DNA of 64,000 nt from an uncultured Pelagibacteraceae bacterium (GTDB lineage: Bacteria > Pseudomonadota > Alphaproteobacteria > Pelagibacterales > Pelagibacteraceae), in NCBI GenBank assembly GCA_902614975.1, contig CACMND010000005.1, positions 34,765-98,764 on the forward strand. Reading direction: 5' to 3'. The notes beneath the pieces are model-generated. The model saw only the letters and a program-made list of their open reading frames with translations, did not search any database and was not told the DNA's origin. Of this stretch, positions 27,279-37,263 are shown piece by piece; position 1 is the first letter of the stretch, and every line of letters starts with the position of its first letter. Both the position numbers and the translations under genes were made by a program.

Positions 27279-28352
27279 ATGACCAAAAAATCAATTATTC
27301 TAGGAATAGAAACAAGTTGTGATGAAACTGCTGTTGCATTAGTTCAGGATGACGGTAATGATATCCCAAAAATATTATCAAACGTAGTATCTAGTCAATT
27401 TGATATTCATAGTGAATTTGGTGGAGTTGTTCCTGAACTCGCTGCCCGATCACATGTAGAAAAAATAAATTTAATAGCAAATAAAGCTATTGTTGAAAGT
27501 AAAATAAAGATTAATGAAATTTCTGGAGTAGCATGCACATCTGGTCCTGGATTAATAATATGTCTTAGTGTTGGTTTAAATTTTGCAAAGGGGATAGCGT
27601 CTACTTTAAAAATTCCTTTCATTGGTATTAATCATTTGGAAGGACATGCGCTTAGTCCAAAGTTACACACAAAACTAGAATATCCTTATTTGCTTTTACT
27701 AATATCTGGAGGTCATTCTCAATATTTAAGTGTAAACGGCTTAGGAGATTATAAAAGATTAGGGACAACCATTGATGATGCGCTAGGAGAAGCTTATGAT
27801 AAAACAGCAAAGATTTTAGGGATAGAATTTCCTGGGGGTCCTAAGCTAGAAGAATTTGTAAAAAGAGGTGATCCTAATAAATTTAAATTACCAAAACCTA
27901 TACTAGATAAAGGGGGTTGCAACTTGTCTTTCGCAGGACTTAAAACAGCTATTTTAAGGACATCAAAAGAGATAAAAAATGAGCAAGAGAAATTTGATCT
28001 TGCTGCTTCATTTCAAAAAACTATAGAAGAAATATTACATGTTAAAACTGAAAGAGCATTTAAAGAATTTAAGAAAATAAATACAACAAATAAATATAAT
28101 TTTGTTGTAGCTGGTGGTGTTGCTGCAAATAGTGGAATAAGAAATAAATTAACAAAAGTCAGCGAAGAGAATAATTTTAAACCAATATTTCCAGACATAA
28201 GGTTATGTGGAGATAATGCAGCAATGATTGCGATGGTTGGGCTAGAAAAATACAAGGTAAAAAATTTTGATAATTTAGATTTAATTGCTAATCCAAGATT
28301 AGCTTTAGATAAAAACGCAAAATTTTTAAAAGGTGCTGGGGTAAAACTTTAG
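27279..28352 (+). CDS. tsaD: tRNA N6-adenosine threonylcarbamoyltransferase TsaD
   Basis: 357 aa; ILGIETSCDETAVA, INHLEGH, LLISGGHS, GDNAAMIA motifs. Confidence 0.9.
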   Translation: MTKKSIILGIETSCDETAVALVQDDGNDIPKILSNVVSSQFDIHSEFGGVVPELAARSHVEKINLIANKAIVESKIKINEISGVACTSGPGLIICLSVGLNFAKGIASTLKIPFIGINHLEGHALSPKLHTKLEYPYLLLLISGGHSQYLSVNGLGDYKRLGTTIDDALGEAYDKTAKILGIEFPGGPKLEEFVKRGDPNKFKLPKPILDKGGCNLSFAGLKTAILRTSKEIKNEQEKFDLAASFQKTIEEILHVKTERAFKEFKKINTTNKYNFVVAGGVAANSGIRNKLTKVSEENNFKPIFPDIRLCGDNAAMIAMVGLEKYKVKNFDNLDLIANPRLALDKNAKFLKGAGVKL

Positions 28353-29257
28353 TGAAAATTTATAAAGAAAATAAATTAAAAGTAGAAGAATTCCTGATAG
28401 TAAGTTTTTTTACCCAAAATTATAAAGATAAGGCTGATAGATTAATAAATTCCCTTAATAATTTTAATCTTAATTATAAAATATTTGAAGTTCCAACTAT
28501 TCATTATTCTAAAAGCGATAAAGGATCTAATGATATTAATTATTGTATGCCTAAATTAATAATAGATATGCTAAAACAATTTAAAATACCAATTATTTTT
28601 TTAGATTGCGATTTGGTTGTAATGAAAGAACCAAAATTATTTTATTCTCTGAGAGAAAAAAATATAGATTTTGCTATATATAACTGGTTAGAGGACTCCG
28701 AGAATGATGGATATTTGCCAGTAAAACTCAAAATTAATTCCGAAAAAGGCGAGATAGAGGAGACTTATTATATAAATAGTGTAAACGTAAAACTTTTAAA
28801 TAATCCAAATAAAGAAGGACAACTTTTCTCAAGTGGAGGAGTAGCATATTTCTCAGAAAGTAATTCATCCATCAATGTTTTAAATGAATGGTTAGAAAAT
28901 ATAATTAAATACCCTAAAGCACCAGATGATCAATTATTAGACCATACCTTCAATTATTCATCTACTGTAAGAAAAAATTTAAAAGTTGAATGGTTAGATA
29001 AAAGTTATTGTAGAGTATTCTGGTGGATTTTTTCAGAACCAATTATTAACCACCCGGGACAAATGTCTCATAGAGTAAATGATAATTTTTTTCAGATAAC
29101 TGGAAAAGAGAGATTTAAAATTGAAAACACTATTAAGAGAAATAGTAGTAAAGTTTCAAAAGAATTTATAATAGATGCTAAAAATAAAAAAATATTAAAA
29201 GTAGAAAAAGGAAAAATATTTGTTGTAAGAAGCTTTACAGAAAGCGTGTATGTTTAA
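28352..29257 (+). CDS. hypothetical protein, possibly GT-A-fold nucleotide-diphospho-sugar transferase
   Basis: 301 aa; FLIVSFFTQNY, K-x-x-II-x-x-L-x-x-x-x-PIIFLDCDLVV (DxD-like), DDQLLDH; resemblance is weak. GTG start overlaps the tsaD TAG (TAGTG). Confidence 0.35.
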   Translation: MKIYKENKLKVEEFLIVSFFTQNYKDKADRLINSLNNFNLNYKIFEVPTIHYSKSDKGSNDINYCMPKLIIDMLKQFKIPIIFLDCDLVVMKEPKLFYSLREKNIDFAIYNWLEDSENDGYLPVKLKINSEKGEIEETYYINSVNVKLLNNPNKEGQLFSSGGVAYFSESNSSINVLNEWLENIIKYPKAPDDQLLDHTFNYSSTVRKNLKVEWLDKSYCRVFWWIFSEPIINHPGQMSHRVNDNFFQITGKERFKIENTIKRNSSKVSKEFIIDAKNKKILKVEKGKIFVVRSFTESVYV

Positions 29258-29266
29258 TTTGAAAAT

Positions 29267-29680
29267 ATGAATTATTGGTTAATAAAATCTGAGCCAAATG
29301 TTTGGTCTATTGATCAACAAATTAAAGCTGGAACTAAAGGTGCTGACTGGGATGGAGTAAGAAATTATCAAGCAGCAAATAATTTAAAAAAAATGGAGAA
29401 AGGCGATCTTTGTTTTTTTTACCATTCAAATATTGGTAAAGAAATCGTTGGAATTGTAGAGGTAATTAAAACAGCATTTATCGACCCGACAGATAAGGAG
29501 AAACGATTTGTAGCAGTAAAAGTTAAGTATAAAAGTAAACTAAAAACATCTGTTTCTCTTGAAAACATTAAAAAAAATAAAGATTTAAAAGATATTGCGC
29601 TTATAAAACAAAGCAGATTGTCTGTCATGCCAATTAACACTAAATGCTGGAAAATTATTTTGAAGATGGGTAGTATCTGA
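29267..29680 (+). CDS. EVE (PUA-like) domain protein
   Basis: 137 aa; MNYWLIKSEP...GADWDGVRNYQA...GDLCFFYHS pattern of EVE domain proteins. Confidence 0.75.
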   Translation: MNYWLIKSEPNVWSIDQQIKAGTKGADWDGVRNYQAANNLKKMEKGDLCFFYHSNIGKEIVGIVEVIKTAFIDPTDKEKRFVAVKVKYKSKLKTSVSLENIKKNKDLKDIALIKQSRLSVMPINTKCWKIILKMGSI

Positions 29681-29694
29681 AAAATTTATAATCG

Positions 29695-31716
29695 ATGCCA
29701 AAAAAAAAAGCTAAAAAAAGAAAAAAAAAAATAATTACTAAAAGAAAAACTAAGGCAAAGTCTTTAGCTCCAAAGCAAGAAAAAGAACTTATATATAGAA
29801 CAAAGAAAGACTGGATTAGCAAAGCCTTAGTAAATAAATCTCAGTACGAAAAAAAATATAAATCTTCAATAAAAGATAATGATGGCTTCTGGAAAAAAGA
29901 AGGAAAGAGAATTAATTGGATAAAATCGTATACAAAAATTAAAGATGTTAAATATAGTAAATCAGATGTTAAGATAAAATGGTTTTACGACGGTACTCTT
30001 AATGCATCGGCAAATTGTATTGATAGACACTTAAAAAAAAATAAAGACAAAACTGCAATTATATGGGTTGGAGATGATCCAAAAGTTCAAAAGAAAATTT
30101 CCTACAAAGAATTACACAAAGAAGTTTCTAAAGCCGCAAATGGTCTTAAAGAATTAGGGGTTAAGAAAGGTGATAGAGTAACAATCTATTTAACTATGAT
30201 ACCAGAACTTGCATATACTATGTTAGCATGTGCGAGGATAGGAGCGGTGCATTCAATAATCTTTGGAGGATTTTCTCCAGATAGTATTTCTGGAAGAATA
30301 AACGATTGTGAATCTGATTATCTAATTACAGCTGATGAAGGTGTAAGAGGTGGAAAAATAATACCTTTAAAATCAATAGCTGATGAGGCTTTAGTAAATT
30401 GCCCAAATGTAAAAAAATGTGTTGTTGTTAAAAGAACAGGCAATAGAATAAATTGGGATGAACGAAGAGATATTTGGTATCACGAGTTAACAAAAAAAGT
30501 TTCAAATAAATGTGAACCAGAAGAAATGAATGCAGAAGATCCCTTATTTATTTTATATACTTCAGGATCAACAGGAAAACCGAAAGGGGTGATGCATACA
30601 ACCGGAGGGTATATGGTTTACGCATCGATGACGCATCAATATATATTCAATTATAAACCTAAAGATATTTATTGGTGTACAGCTGACATTGGTTGGGTAA
30701 CTGGTCATAGCTATATTATTTATGGACCATTATCAAATGGAGCAACAACAATAATGTTTGAGGGAATTCCAACTTATCCTGATAGTTCAAGATGGTGGCA
30801 GATCGTTGATAAATATAAAGTGAATATTTTTTATACAGCACCAACAGCAATAAGAGCTTTAATGAGAGAAGGTGATAAGCCTGTTAAAAAAACATCAAGA
30901 AAATCACTGAAATTATTAGGAACCGTGGGCGAACCAATCAATCCAGAAGCTTGGGAATGGTATTATAAAACTGTTGGAGATTCGAACTGCCCAATTGTTG
31001 ATACTTGGTGGCAAACGGAAACGGGTGGAATATTAATCAGTCCTCAAACAGGTGCTATAAATTTAAAACCAGGTTCAGCAACAAAACCATTTTATGGAAT
31101 TAAACCAGTAATAGTTAGTAAAGATGGAAAAGTTTTAAAAGGAGAAGCTGAAGGTCGATTATGTATTGCACAATCTTGGCCTGGTCAAATGCGGACGGTT
31201 TACGGAGATCATCAAAGGTTTATTGATACTTATTTTTCACAATTTGATGGAAAATATTTTACAGGAGATGGATGTAGAAGAGATAAAGATGGATACTATT
31301 GGATAACAGGAAGAGTAGACGATGTGATAATAGTATCAGGACATAATCTTGGAACTGCAGAAATAGAAAGTGCTTTCGTTGCTCATCCAAAAGTTGCTGA
31401 GGCTGCTGTTGTTGGATATCCTCATGATATTAAAGGTAATGGCTTGTATTGTTATGTAACTTTAAATGTGGGAGAAAAATCGACTTTAGATTTAGAGAGA
31501 GATTTAAAGCTTTGGGTTAGAAAACAAATTGGTCCAATAGCTACACCTGATCTAATTCAATTTTCACCTGGACTTCCAAAAACTAGATCAGGCAAAATTA
31601 TGAGAAGAATACTTAGAAAAATAGCAGCTAATGAACATGATCAATTAGGTGATACAACAACTTTGGCAGATCCAAGTGTTGTAAAAAGTTTAGTTGAAAA
31701 TAGAAAAAATACCTAA
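29695..31716 (+). CDS. acs: acetyl-CoA synthetase (AMP-forming) with Lys-rich N-terminal extension
   Basis: 673 aa; [15 protein letters not shown]-binding motif, WWQTETGG, C-terminal [11 protein letters not shown]; collinear with Acs from about residue 35 onward. Confidence 0.95.
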   Translation: MPKKKAKKRKKKIITKRKTKAKSLAPKQEKELIYRTKKDWISKALVNKSQYEKKYKSSIKDNDGFWKKEGKRINWIKSYTKIKDVKYSKSDVKIKWFYDGTLNASANCIDRHLKKNKDKTAIIWVGDDPKVQKKISYKELHKEVSKAANGLKELGVKKGDRVTIYLTMIPELAYTMLACARIGAVHSIIFGGFSPDSISGRINDCESDYLITADEGVRGGKIIPLKSIADEALVNCPNVKKCVVVKRTGNRINWDERRDIWYHELTKKVSNKCEPEEMNAEDPLFILYTSGSTGKPKGVMHTTGGYMVYASMTHQYIFNYKPKDIYWCTADIGWVTGHSYIIYGPLSNGATTIMFEGIPTYPDSSRWWQIVDKYKVNIFYTAPTAIRALMREGDKPVKKTSRKSLKLLGTVGEPINPEAWEWYYKTVGDSNCPIVDTWWQTETGGILISPQTGAINLKPGSATKPFYGIKPVIVSKDGKVLKGEAEGRLCIAQSWPGQMRTVYGDHQRFIDTYFSQFDGKYFTGDGCRRDKDGYYWITGRVDDVIIVSGHNLGTAEIESAFVAHPKVAEAAVVGYPHDIKGNGLYCYVTLNVGEKSTLDLERDLKLWVRKQIGPIATPDLIQFSPGLPKTRSGKIMRRILRKIAANEHDQLGDTTTLADPSVVKSLVENRKNT

Positions 31717-32342
31717 AAATTTATTAATTCTATAAATTCCTTTTTAACATTATCCCATTTCAGGATCATAGAATTTAAAACTATTTTTTTGTCTAAAGAT
31801 TTTAACTCTTCAGCTATTGGTGACCATTCATATAAAGATAAAGCACTAGTATTAAAAGGTAATGACTCATGGTACTCATTCCAATTAATGTTTTGATATC
31901 TCTCAAGAAATTTTTTTTTTGCATTTTCATATATTTCCTTTGGCATTTCATTTTTTTGAAGTTCATTATCCAAAATCTGAAAATATATTTCATTTGCTTT
32001 TTCAGTATCATGTTGATTTCTAATATTTTTTAAAAAAGAAATCGCATAAAATGTAAGATCTTGTAAAGCAACTGAGTAGATGTTCCATTTAGCTTTGTTA
32101 ATCGATCCTAAAAATATCTCATCTTCAAACATCAATACATATTTTGCTCCCATTCTTGTTTTAAGATATCCATATAGAGTAACTTGGCTTACCCATGCAG
32201 ATTTTTTTTGAATAAATTCTTTCAGATCGGAATAATTTTCGATTTTTTTTGTTTTTTTGAAATATTTTAAGAATGGAATGAAATATTCCTTTAAATACTC
32301 AAATTTCAAATCTTTGAGCTTTAATTTGTATTTAATGCCCAT
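31713..32342 (-). CDS. hypothetical protein (no family recognised)
   Basis: 209 aa ORF filling the whole gap between acs and the symporter operon; convergent 4-nt overlap with the acs stop; coding-like composition. Confidence 0.4.
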   Translation of the reverse strand: MGIKYKLKLKDLKFEYLKEYFIPFLKYFKKTKKIENYSDLKEFIQKKSAWVSQVTLYGYLKTRMGAKYVLMFEDEIFLGSINKAKWNIYSVALQDLTFYAISFLKNIRNQHDTEKANEIYFQILDNELQKNEMPKEIYENAKKKFLERYQNINWNEYHESLPFNTSALSLYEWSPIAEELKSLDKKIVLNSMILKWDNVKKEFIELINF

Positions 32343-32453
32343 TTAGAACTGATATTACTACTTTTACTATAAATATATGCCATTTTTTACCCTTTAATTA
32401 TCACATTAAATGAGTATGAATTATATCTTTAACCTATAGGGAGGATTAAAATA

Positions 32454-32711
32454 ATGTCAAACAAAGAAAAGCACTGGGAAAAAACCAAAGGATTAATGAT
32501 AATTACATTAATTATTTGGTTTGTTTTCGGTTATCTGATCTTCATGTTTGGTTCTGACCTAAACACTTCAAGTTTTATGGGATATCCATTAGCGTATTAC
32601 ATGTGTGCGCAAGGTTCCATCATTGCATTTGTGGTCCTAATTTTTTGGTTTGCAAATAGACAGGAAAAAATCGATGAAGAGTTTGGTTTTACCGAAAAGG
32701 AGGATGATTAA
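32454..32711 (+). CDS. DUF4212 small membrane subunit of a sodium:solute symporter
   Basis: 85 aa, two TM helices, GYPLAYYMCAQGSI block; strong SD (GGGAGGA) upstream; stop overlaps start of the SSS gene. Confidence 0.75.
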   Translation: MSNKEKHWEKTKGLMIITLIIWFVFGYLIFMFGSDLNTSSFMGYPLAYYMCAQGSIIAFVVLIFWFANRQEKIDEEFGFTEKEDD

Positions 32712-34549
32712 TGTTTAAAGGCAATTTTATTGACAACCTACCAAAAATTTACGGAACATATACTGGAGGCTTCTTTATATTCATCATTTTGATGGCAATA
32801 GCAGAGCAAGCAGGTATGACCGCAAAAACAATTGGTATTTTGTTTGTCGCCTTTACAGTTTGTATATATGCCATAATTGGATATCTATCTAGAACTGTAC
32901 AGGTCGACGCTTATTATGTTGCTGGAAGACAGGTACCAACAGTATTTAACGGAATGGCAACTGCAGCTGACTGGATGTCAGGTGCTTCATTCGTTGCAAT
33001 GGCTGGTGGTATTTACTTTGGTGGTTATACTTATATGGCTTTCTTAGTCGGATGGACTGGGGGATACGTTTTAGTATCATCACTTTTAGCACCATACTTA
33101 AGAAAATTTGGATGTTATACTGTGCCAGATTTCATTGGAACAAGATATGGCGGAAACTTCGCAAGGTTCTGTGCCGTAGTTGTTTTAACATTGGCATCTT
33201 TCACTTATGTAACAGCTCAAATTAACGCAACAGGAACAATCGCATCAAGAGCACTAAGTATTCCATTTGAATTAGGAGTTTGGGTTGGACTAGTAAGTAT
33301 TTTACTTTGTTCAATGCTAGGCGGAATGAGAGCGGTAACTTGGACACAGGTTGCTCAATACATAGTATTGATTATTGCTTATCTAATTCCAGTATTCTGG
33401 ATTAGTAACAAATCAGGATTTGGTTTCTTTCCACACTTTATGTTAGGTGAGGAAGTAGCTAGATTAGGTGCACTTGAATCGCAATTTGGATTAGTTAAAA
33501 ATGCTGCTGCAGATATTAAAGCTGCAGGTGTACCAGGTGGTCTAAAATCTATCGCTGTATCACACGCAGGTGTGCCAGAAGGTGGAATGGCTGCATGGAA
33601 GTTTATTTCATTAGCACTATGTATGATGGTAGGAACAGCTTCTTTACCACATATTTTAATGAGATACTTCACTACTCCAAGTGTTAAAGCTGCAAGAAAA
33701 TCAGTGGCATGGTCACTATTCTTTATTGCATTGCTTTATACTTCAGCGCCAATGCTTGCAACATTATCCAAAATCTCACTAATAGATCCAAACTTACCAA
33801 CAGGTATTATTGGAAAACCAATTGCTGAAATTATGCAAATTGAGTGGGTGAATGCTTGGATTAATGTAAAACAAGCCTTCATAGCAGACTTTAACGGAGA
33901 TGGTATTCTTCAGTTAAATGAATGGTTTATGAGAGGTGACGTAGTTGTACTAGCAACTCCTGAAGTTGCTGGATTACCATACGTAATCTCTGGACTAGTT
34001 GCTGCAGGAGGAATGGCTGCCGCGATGTCAACTGCTGATGGTCTAATTCTTGCTATCGCAAACGCTTTATCACATGATATCTATTACAAAATCATTGATC
34101 CAAAAGCGGATGTAAGAAAGAGATTGTTAGTTGCTAGAGCACTTCTAATAGTTATTGGTGCTGCTGGAGCATATATTGCATCGATGAGGATCACTAGTAT
34201 CCTTGGTGCAGTTGCTTGGGCATTTGACTTTGCAATGTCAGGATTGTTCTTCCCATTAATACTTGGTGTATGGTGGAAGAGAGCAACAAGACAAGGAGCA
34301 ATAGCAGGTATGATAGCGGGTCTTGCATCAGGAACAGCTTATCTAATTTATGTTTATCCTAAGTTTATGGGTAATGCACCTTGGTTAGGTATTGACCATT
34401 TACGTTTCGGTATAATCGGAGCGTCGGTCTGTTTAGTTGTAATGGTTGTAGTAAGTTTAATGACTGAAGAGCCAGATAAAGCTACACAGCAAATGGTAGA
34501 CGAAGTTCGTGTTCCGTCAGGTAAGACAATACTTGGTAAGCAACACTAA
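32711..34549 (+). CDS. sodium:solute symporter family permease (ActP / VC_2705-like, likely acetate or other small carboxylate)
   Basis: 612 aa, about 13-14 TM helices, SSS-family blocks (AADWMSGASFV, GGMRAVTWTQV); paired with DUF4212 and adjacent to acs. Confidence 0.85.
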   Translation: MFKGNFIDNLPKIYGTYTGGFFIFIILMAIAEQAGMTAKTIGILFVAFTVCIYAIIGYLSRTVQVDAYYVAGRQVPTVFNGMATAADWMSGASFVAMAGGIYFGGYTYMAFLVGWTGGYVLVSSLLAPYLRKFGCYTVPDFIGTRYGGNFARFCAVVVLTLASFTYVTAQINATGTIASRALSIPFELGVWVGLVSILLCSMLGGMRAVTWTQVAQYIVLIIAYLIPVFWISNKSGFGFFPHFMLGEEVARLGALESQFGLVKNAAADIKAAGVPGGLKSIAVSHAGVPEGGMAAWKFISLALCMMVGTASLPHILMRYFTTPSVKAARKSVAWSLFFIALLYTSAPMLATLSKISLIDPNLPTGIIGKPIAEIMQIEWVNAWINVKQAFIADFNGDGILQLNEWFMRGDVVVLATPEVAGLPYVISGLVAAGGMAAAMSTADGLILAIANALSHDIYYKIIDPKADVRKRLLVARALLIVIGAAGAYIASMRITSILGAVAWAFDFAMSGLFFPLILGVWWKRATRQGAIAGMIAGLASGTAYLIYVYPKFMGNAPWLGIDHLRFGIIGASVCLVVMVVVSLMTEEPDKATQQMVDEVRVPSGKTILGKQH

Positions 34550-34562
34550 ATTAAACTTTATT

Positions 34563-34588
34563 GGGGGCGATATTCGCCCCCATCTTTT
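34563..34588 (+). terminator. rho-independent terminator after the symporter gene
   Basis: GGGGGCGA-TAT-TCGCCCCC perfect GC-rich stem followed by ATCTTTT, 14 nt after the stop codon; stands out in AT-rich context. Confidence 0.75.
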
Positions 34589-34594
34589 CAGAAA

Positions 34595-34930
34595 ATGCCA
34601 ATATATATTTTAGTAATAGACTACATTTTAGGTATCATCATGTGGACTTTAATTGGAAGATCCGCAATGAATATTTTTCAAAAAGAAGATTCTGAATTCT
34701 TTTTTATGAAAGTATTTGTAAAATACACAAATCCAATAATTAAAATTTTTAAATTCATAACTCCTAGTTTCATTATAGGACCATTAGTTCCACTTTATGT
34801 AGCGTGGTTTTTTTATATGTTTAGATTTTATTTAATGCCCTATTTAATGGGTTATTCTGTTATGGGAATGTTATCGTTTCCATTAGAAAGTGAAATAGCT
34901 GCAGAAATTTATAAAATATTTGGTAAATAA
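34595..34930 (+). CDS. YggT-like small membrane protein
   Basis: 111 aa; YTNPIIKIFKFITP block parallels MTEPILKRIRRFLP of the YggT paralogue at 24234-24524. Confidence 0.45.
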   Translation: MPIYILVIDYILGIIMWTLIGRSAMNIFQKEDSEFFFMKVFVKYTNPIIKIFKFITPSFIIGPLVPLYVAWFFYMFRFYLMPYLMGYSVMGMLSFPLESEIAAEIYKIFGK

Positions 34931-34976
34931 CAATTCAAATATATCGAAAAATTGATAGTACTAGTTTTATTTATTA

Positions 34977-35636
34977 ATGAAAAATATACAAATTTCGCCT
35001 TCAATACTTTCTGCAGATTTTAGCCAGTTAGGCGAGGAAATTAAAAGATTAGAAGATGGTGGCGCTGACTTAATTCATGTCGATGTAATGGATGGACATT
35101 TTGTTCCGAACATCACAATAGGCCCCCCAGTAATAAAAACTTTAAGAAATTATACAAAATTACCCTTTGATGTACATTTGATGATCTCGCCGGTTCATAA
35201 ATATATTAAAAATTTTGCTGAAGCAGGATCTGATATAATAACAATTCATCCTGAAGCAACTGATAATTTAATTGAGTCAATTCAACTTATAAAGCAATTA
35301 AAAAAAAAAGTGGGAGTATCTTTAAATCCAAATACGGAAATAAATATCATAGAAAAACTTTTAAAAGATATTGATTTAGTTTTAATCATGAGTGTACATC
35401 CAGGATTTGGTGGTCAAAAATTTATGCCAGAGGTAATTGAAAAAATTAAAAAGCTTTTTCAAATTAAAAAAGATAATAAATTAAACTTTGATATTGAAGT
35501 TGATGGTGGAATTAACTTTTCTAATTCAAAGGAAGTTATATCAGCAGGAGCAAATATATTGGTTTCAGGAACAACTATATTTCATGAAAATAATGGCGAT
35601 ATTAAAAAAAATATAGAAACGCTAAGATCAATGTAA
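34977..35636 (+). CDS. rpe: ribulose-phosphate 3-epimerase
   Basis: 219 aa; SPSILSADF, HVDVMDGHFVPN, MSVHPGFGGQKF, VDGGIN motifs. Confidence 0.95.
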   Translation: MKNIQISPSILSADFSQLGEEIKRLEDGGADLIHVDVMDGHFVPNITIGPPVIKTLRNYTKLPFDVHLMISPVHKYIKNFAEAGSDIITIHPEATDNLIESIQLIKQLKKKVGVSLNPNTEINIIEKLLKDIDLVLIMSVHPGFGGQKFMPEVIEKIKKLFQIKKDNKLNFDIEVDGGINFSNSKEVISAGANILVSGTTIFHENNGDIKKNIETLRSM

Positions 35637-35637
35637 A

Positions 35638-37263
35638 ATGTATTTAAAAAATTCTTTATCTTTTATAAATGAATTTTTTAACACATCCAAAAATCAAATA
35701 AGAAAATTATACTTAAAATCAAATTTTTATAATAATAAAATTTCAAAAATTGAAATAAGTAATATTACATATAGACCAAGTCTAAGCATTCTGAGTTGCT
35801 TGGTTAAATATGACAAAAAAAAAATTAAAATTGATGAATTAGATAAAGATAATATATGGGAAAATAAGTTATTGAGTGGGCATAACTTATATAAACTTAA
35901 TAATTTTTATTGGTTGTTTAGTATAGATTTAAAATCTTCACCAAATATTACACAATCAATAATTATTAAATGGATTGAAAAAAATCAAAGTTACAATTCA
36001 TTAACATGGCAAATCGATATTTTATCGAAGAGAATAATATCTTGGATTACAAACTCTAAATTATCTTACGATGAAAGTGACGCTAAATATAAGGATAAAT
36101 TTAATTTTTCTGTAAACAAACAAATTAATCATTTAATAAATGAAATAAGCAAATCCCAATCTGTTAATGATAAATTATTAGGATGTACTGCAATAATAAT
36201 TACGGGATTATCATACGAAAATGAAAAATTTTTAAATTATGGATTAGAATTACTTAGAAAAATTATTATCAATTCTTTTGATGATGAGTATTTTCCAAAA
36301 ACAAGAAGTATTAGGCAATTAAATTTTTATTTAAAATATTTTGTTCTTGTTAGAGAAATATTAAAGGAGTCTTTTAATGATATACCTGAGTACCTTGATG
36401 AAATAATTTTCTATCTAGGAAAATCTTATTCTGTTTTTTCTAAAATCGAACAAAGTTTACTATTCAATGGGAATCATCAAAATAATTTAAAGGAATTTAA
36501 TAAATATCTTTCACTTTATAAATATAAGTTTGAAAATTCAAATAATGAAGTAGGAGGATATGCTATATTAAAAAACAAAAATTGCATTCTTGCAATGGAT
36601 GTTGGAAATTCACCCCAAAAAACATTTTCATATAACTATCAAAGTGGAGCTCTTTCATTTGAATTCTTATATAAGGGTAAAAAACTTATTTCTAATTCTG
36701 GTTACTTTCAGGATTATAAAAATAAATTAAATCTAATTTCAAAATCTACTGCTGCTCATTCTGCACTTATAATTGATAATCATTCAAGTTGTTCGTTTAG
36801 AAACAATGGAAACTATAAAATATTAGAAAATGGTTTAAAAATTAGTGATAAAAATATTGTTAATGAAAAGAACTATTGGTTAATCAAAGCATCTCATAAT
36901 GGTTTTTTAAAAAAATTTGGAGTTTTGTATGAAAGATCTATAGAATTTTTTGTTGAAAAAAATAAATTGATAGGAACTGATAAAATAATTTCAAAAAACA
37001 AGCTAGATCCGAAAAAATATGATATCAGATTTCATATGGAGCCAGGTGTTAAATTAACAAAAACTTTAGATAACAAAACTATACTAATTGAAATTGAAAA
37101 TTCTGGATGGAAATTTTCAACTAACTGCGAGATTATAAATATTGAAACGGGTATATATTTCGGTAATAAAAATTTAACTAGTGAAAACCAAAATATATGT
37201 TTATCAGGCAAATTAAAAGATATAACTCAGGAAATTAAATGGGCATTCGAAAAAATACAATAA
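35638..37263 (+). CDS. heparinase II/III-like family protein
   Basis: 541 aa; position between rpe and purH matches the conserved alphaproteobacterial heparinase II/III-like gene; H-rich C-terminal block (TAAHSALIIDNHS); call mostly by synteny. Confidence 0.55.
   Translation: MYLKNSLSFINEFFNTSKNQIRKLYLKSNFYNNKISKIEISNITYRPSLSILSCLVKYDKKKIKIDELDKDNIWENKLLSGHNLYKLNNFYWLFSIDLKSSPNITQSIIIKWIEKNQSYNSLTWQIDILSKRIISWITNSKLSYDESDAKYKDKFNFSVNKQINHLINEISKSQSVNDKLLGCTAIIITGLSYENEKFLNYGLELLRKIIINSFDDEYFPKTRSIRQLNFYLKYFVLVREILKESFNDIPEYLDEIIFYLGKSYSVFSKIEQSLLFNGNHQNNLKEFNKYLSLYKYKFENSNNEVGGYAILKNKNCILAMDVGNSPQKTFSYNYQSGALSFEFLYKGKKLISNSGYFQDYKNKLNLISKSTAAHSALIIDNHSSCSFRNNGNYKILENGLKISDKNIVNEKNYWLIKASHNGFLKKFGVLYERSIEFFVEKNKLIGTDKIISKNKLDPKKYDIRFHMEPGVKLTKTLDNKTILIEIENSGWKFSTNCEIINIETGIYFGNKNLTSENQNICLSGKLKDITQEIKWAFEKIQ

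Noticed and set aside
32343-32453. Riboswitch or leader structure upstream of the DUF4212/symporter operon (and upstream of dctP and acs)
   Set aside because: I could not find conserved riboswitch cores (glycine, SAM, TPP-type motifs) or convincing stem-loops. The leaders are short and AT-rich with only a strong SD.
34595-34930. Possibility that this small ORF is a spurious reading after the terminator
   Set aside because: It was kept as a low-confidence CDS rather than discarded. It shows a YggT-like TNPIIKIFKFITP block parallel to the bona fide YggT gene at 24234-24524, and it has TM-helix periodicity.
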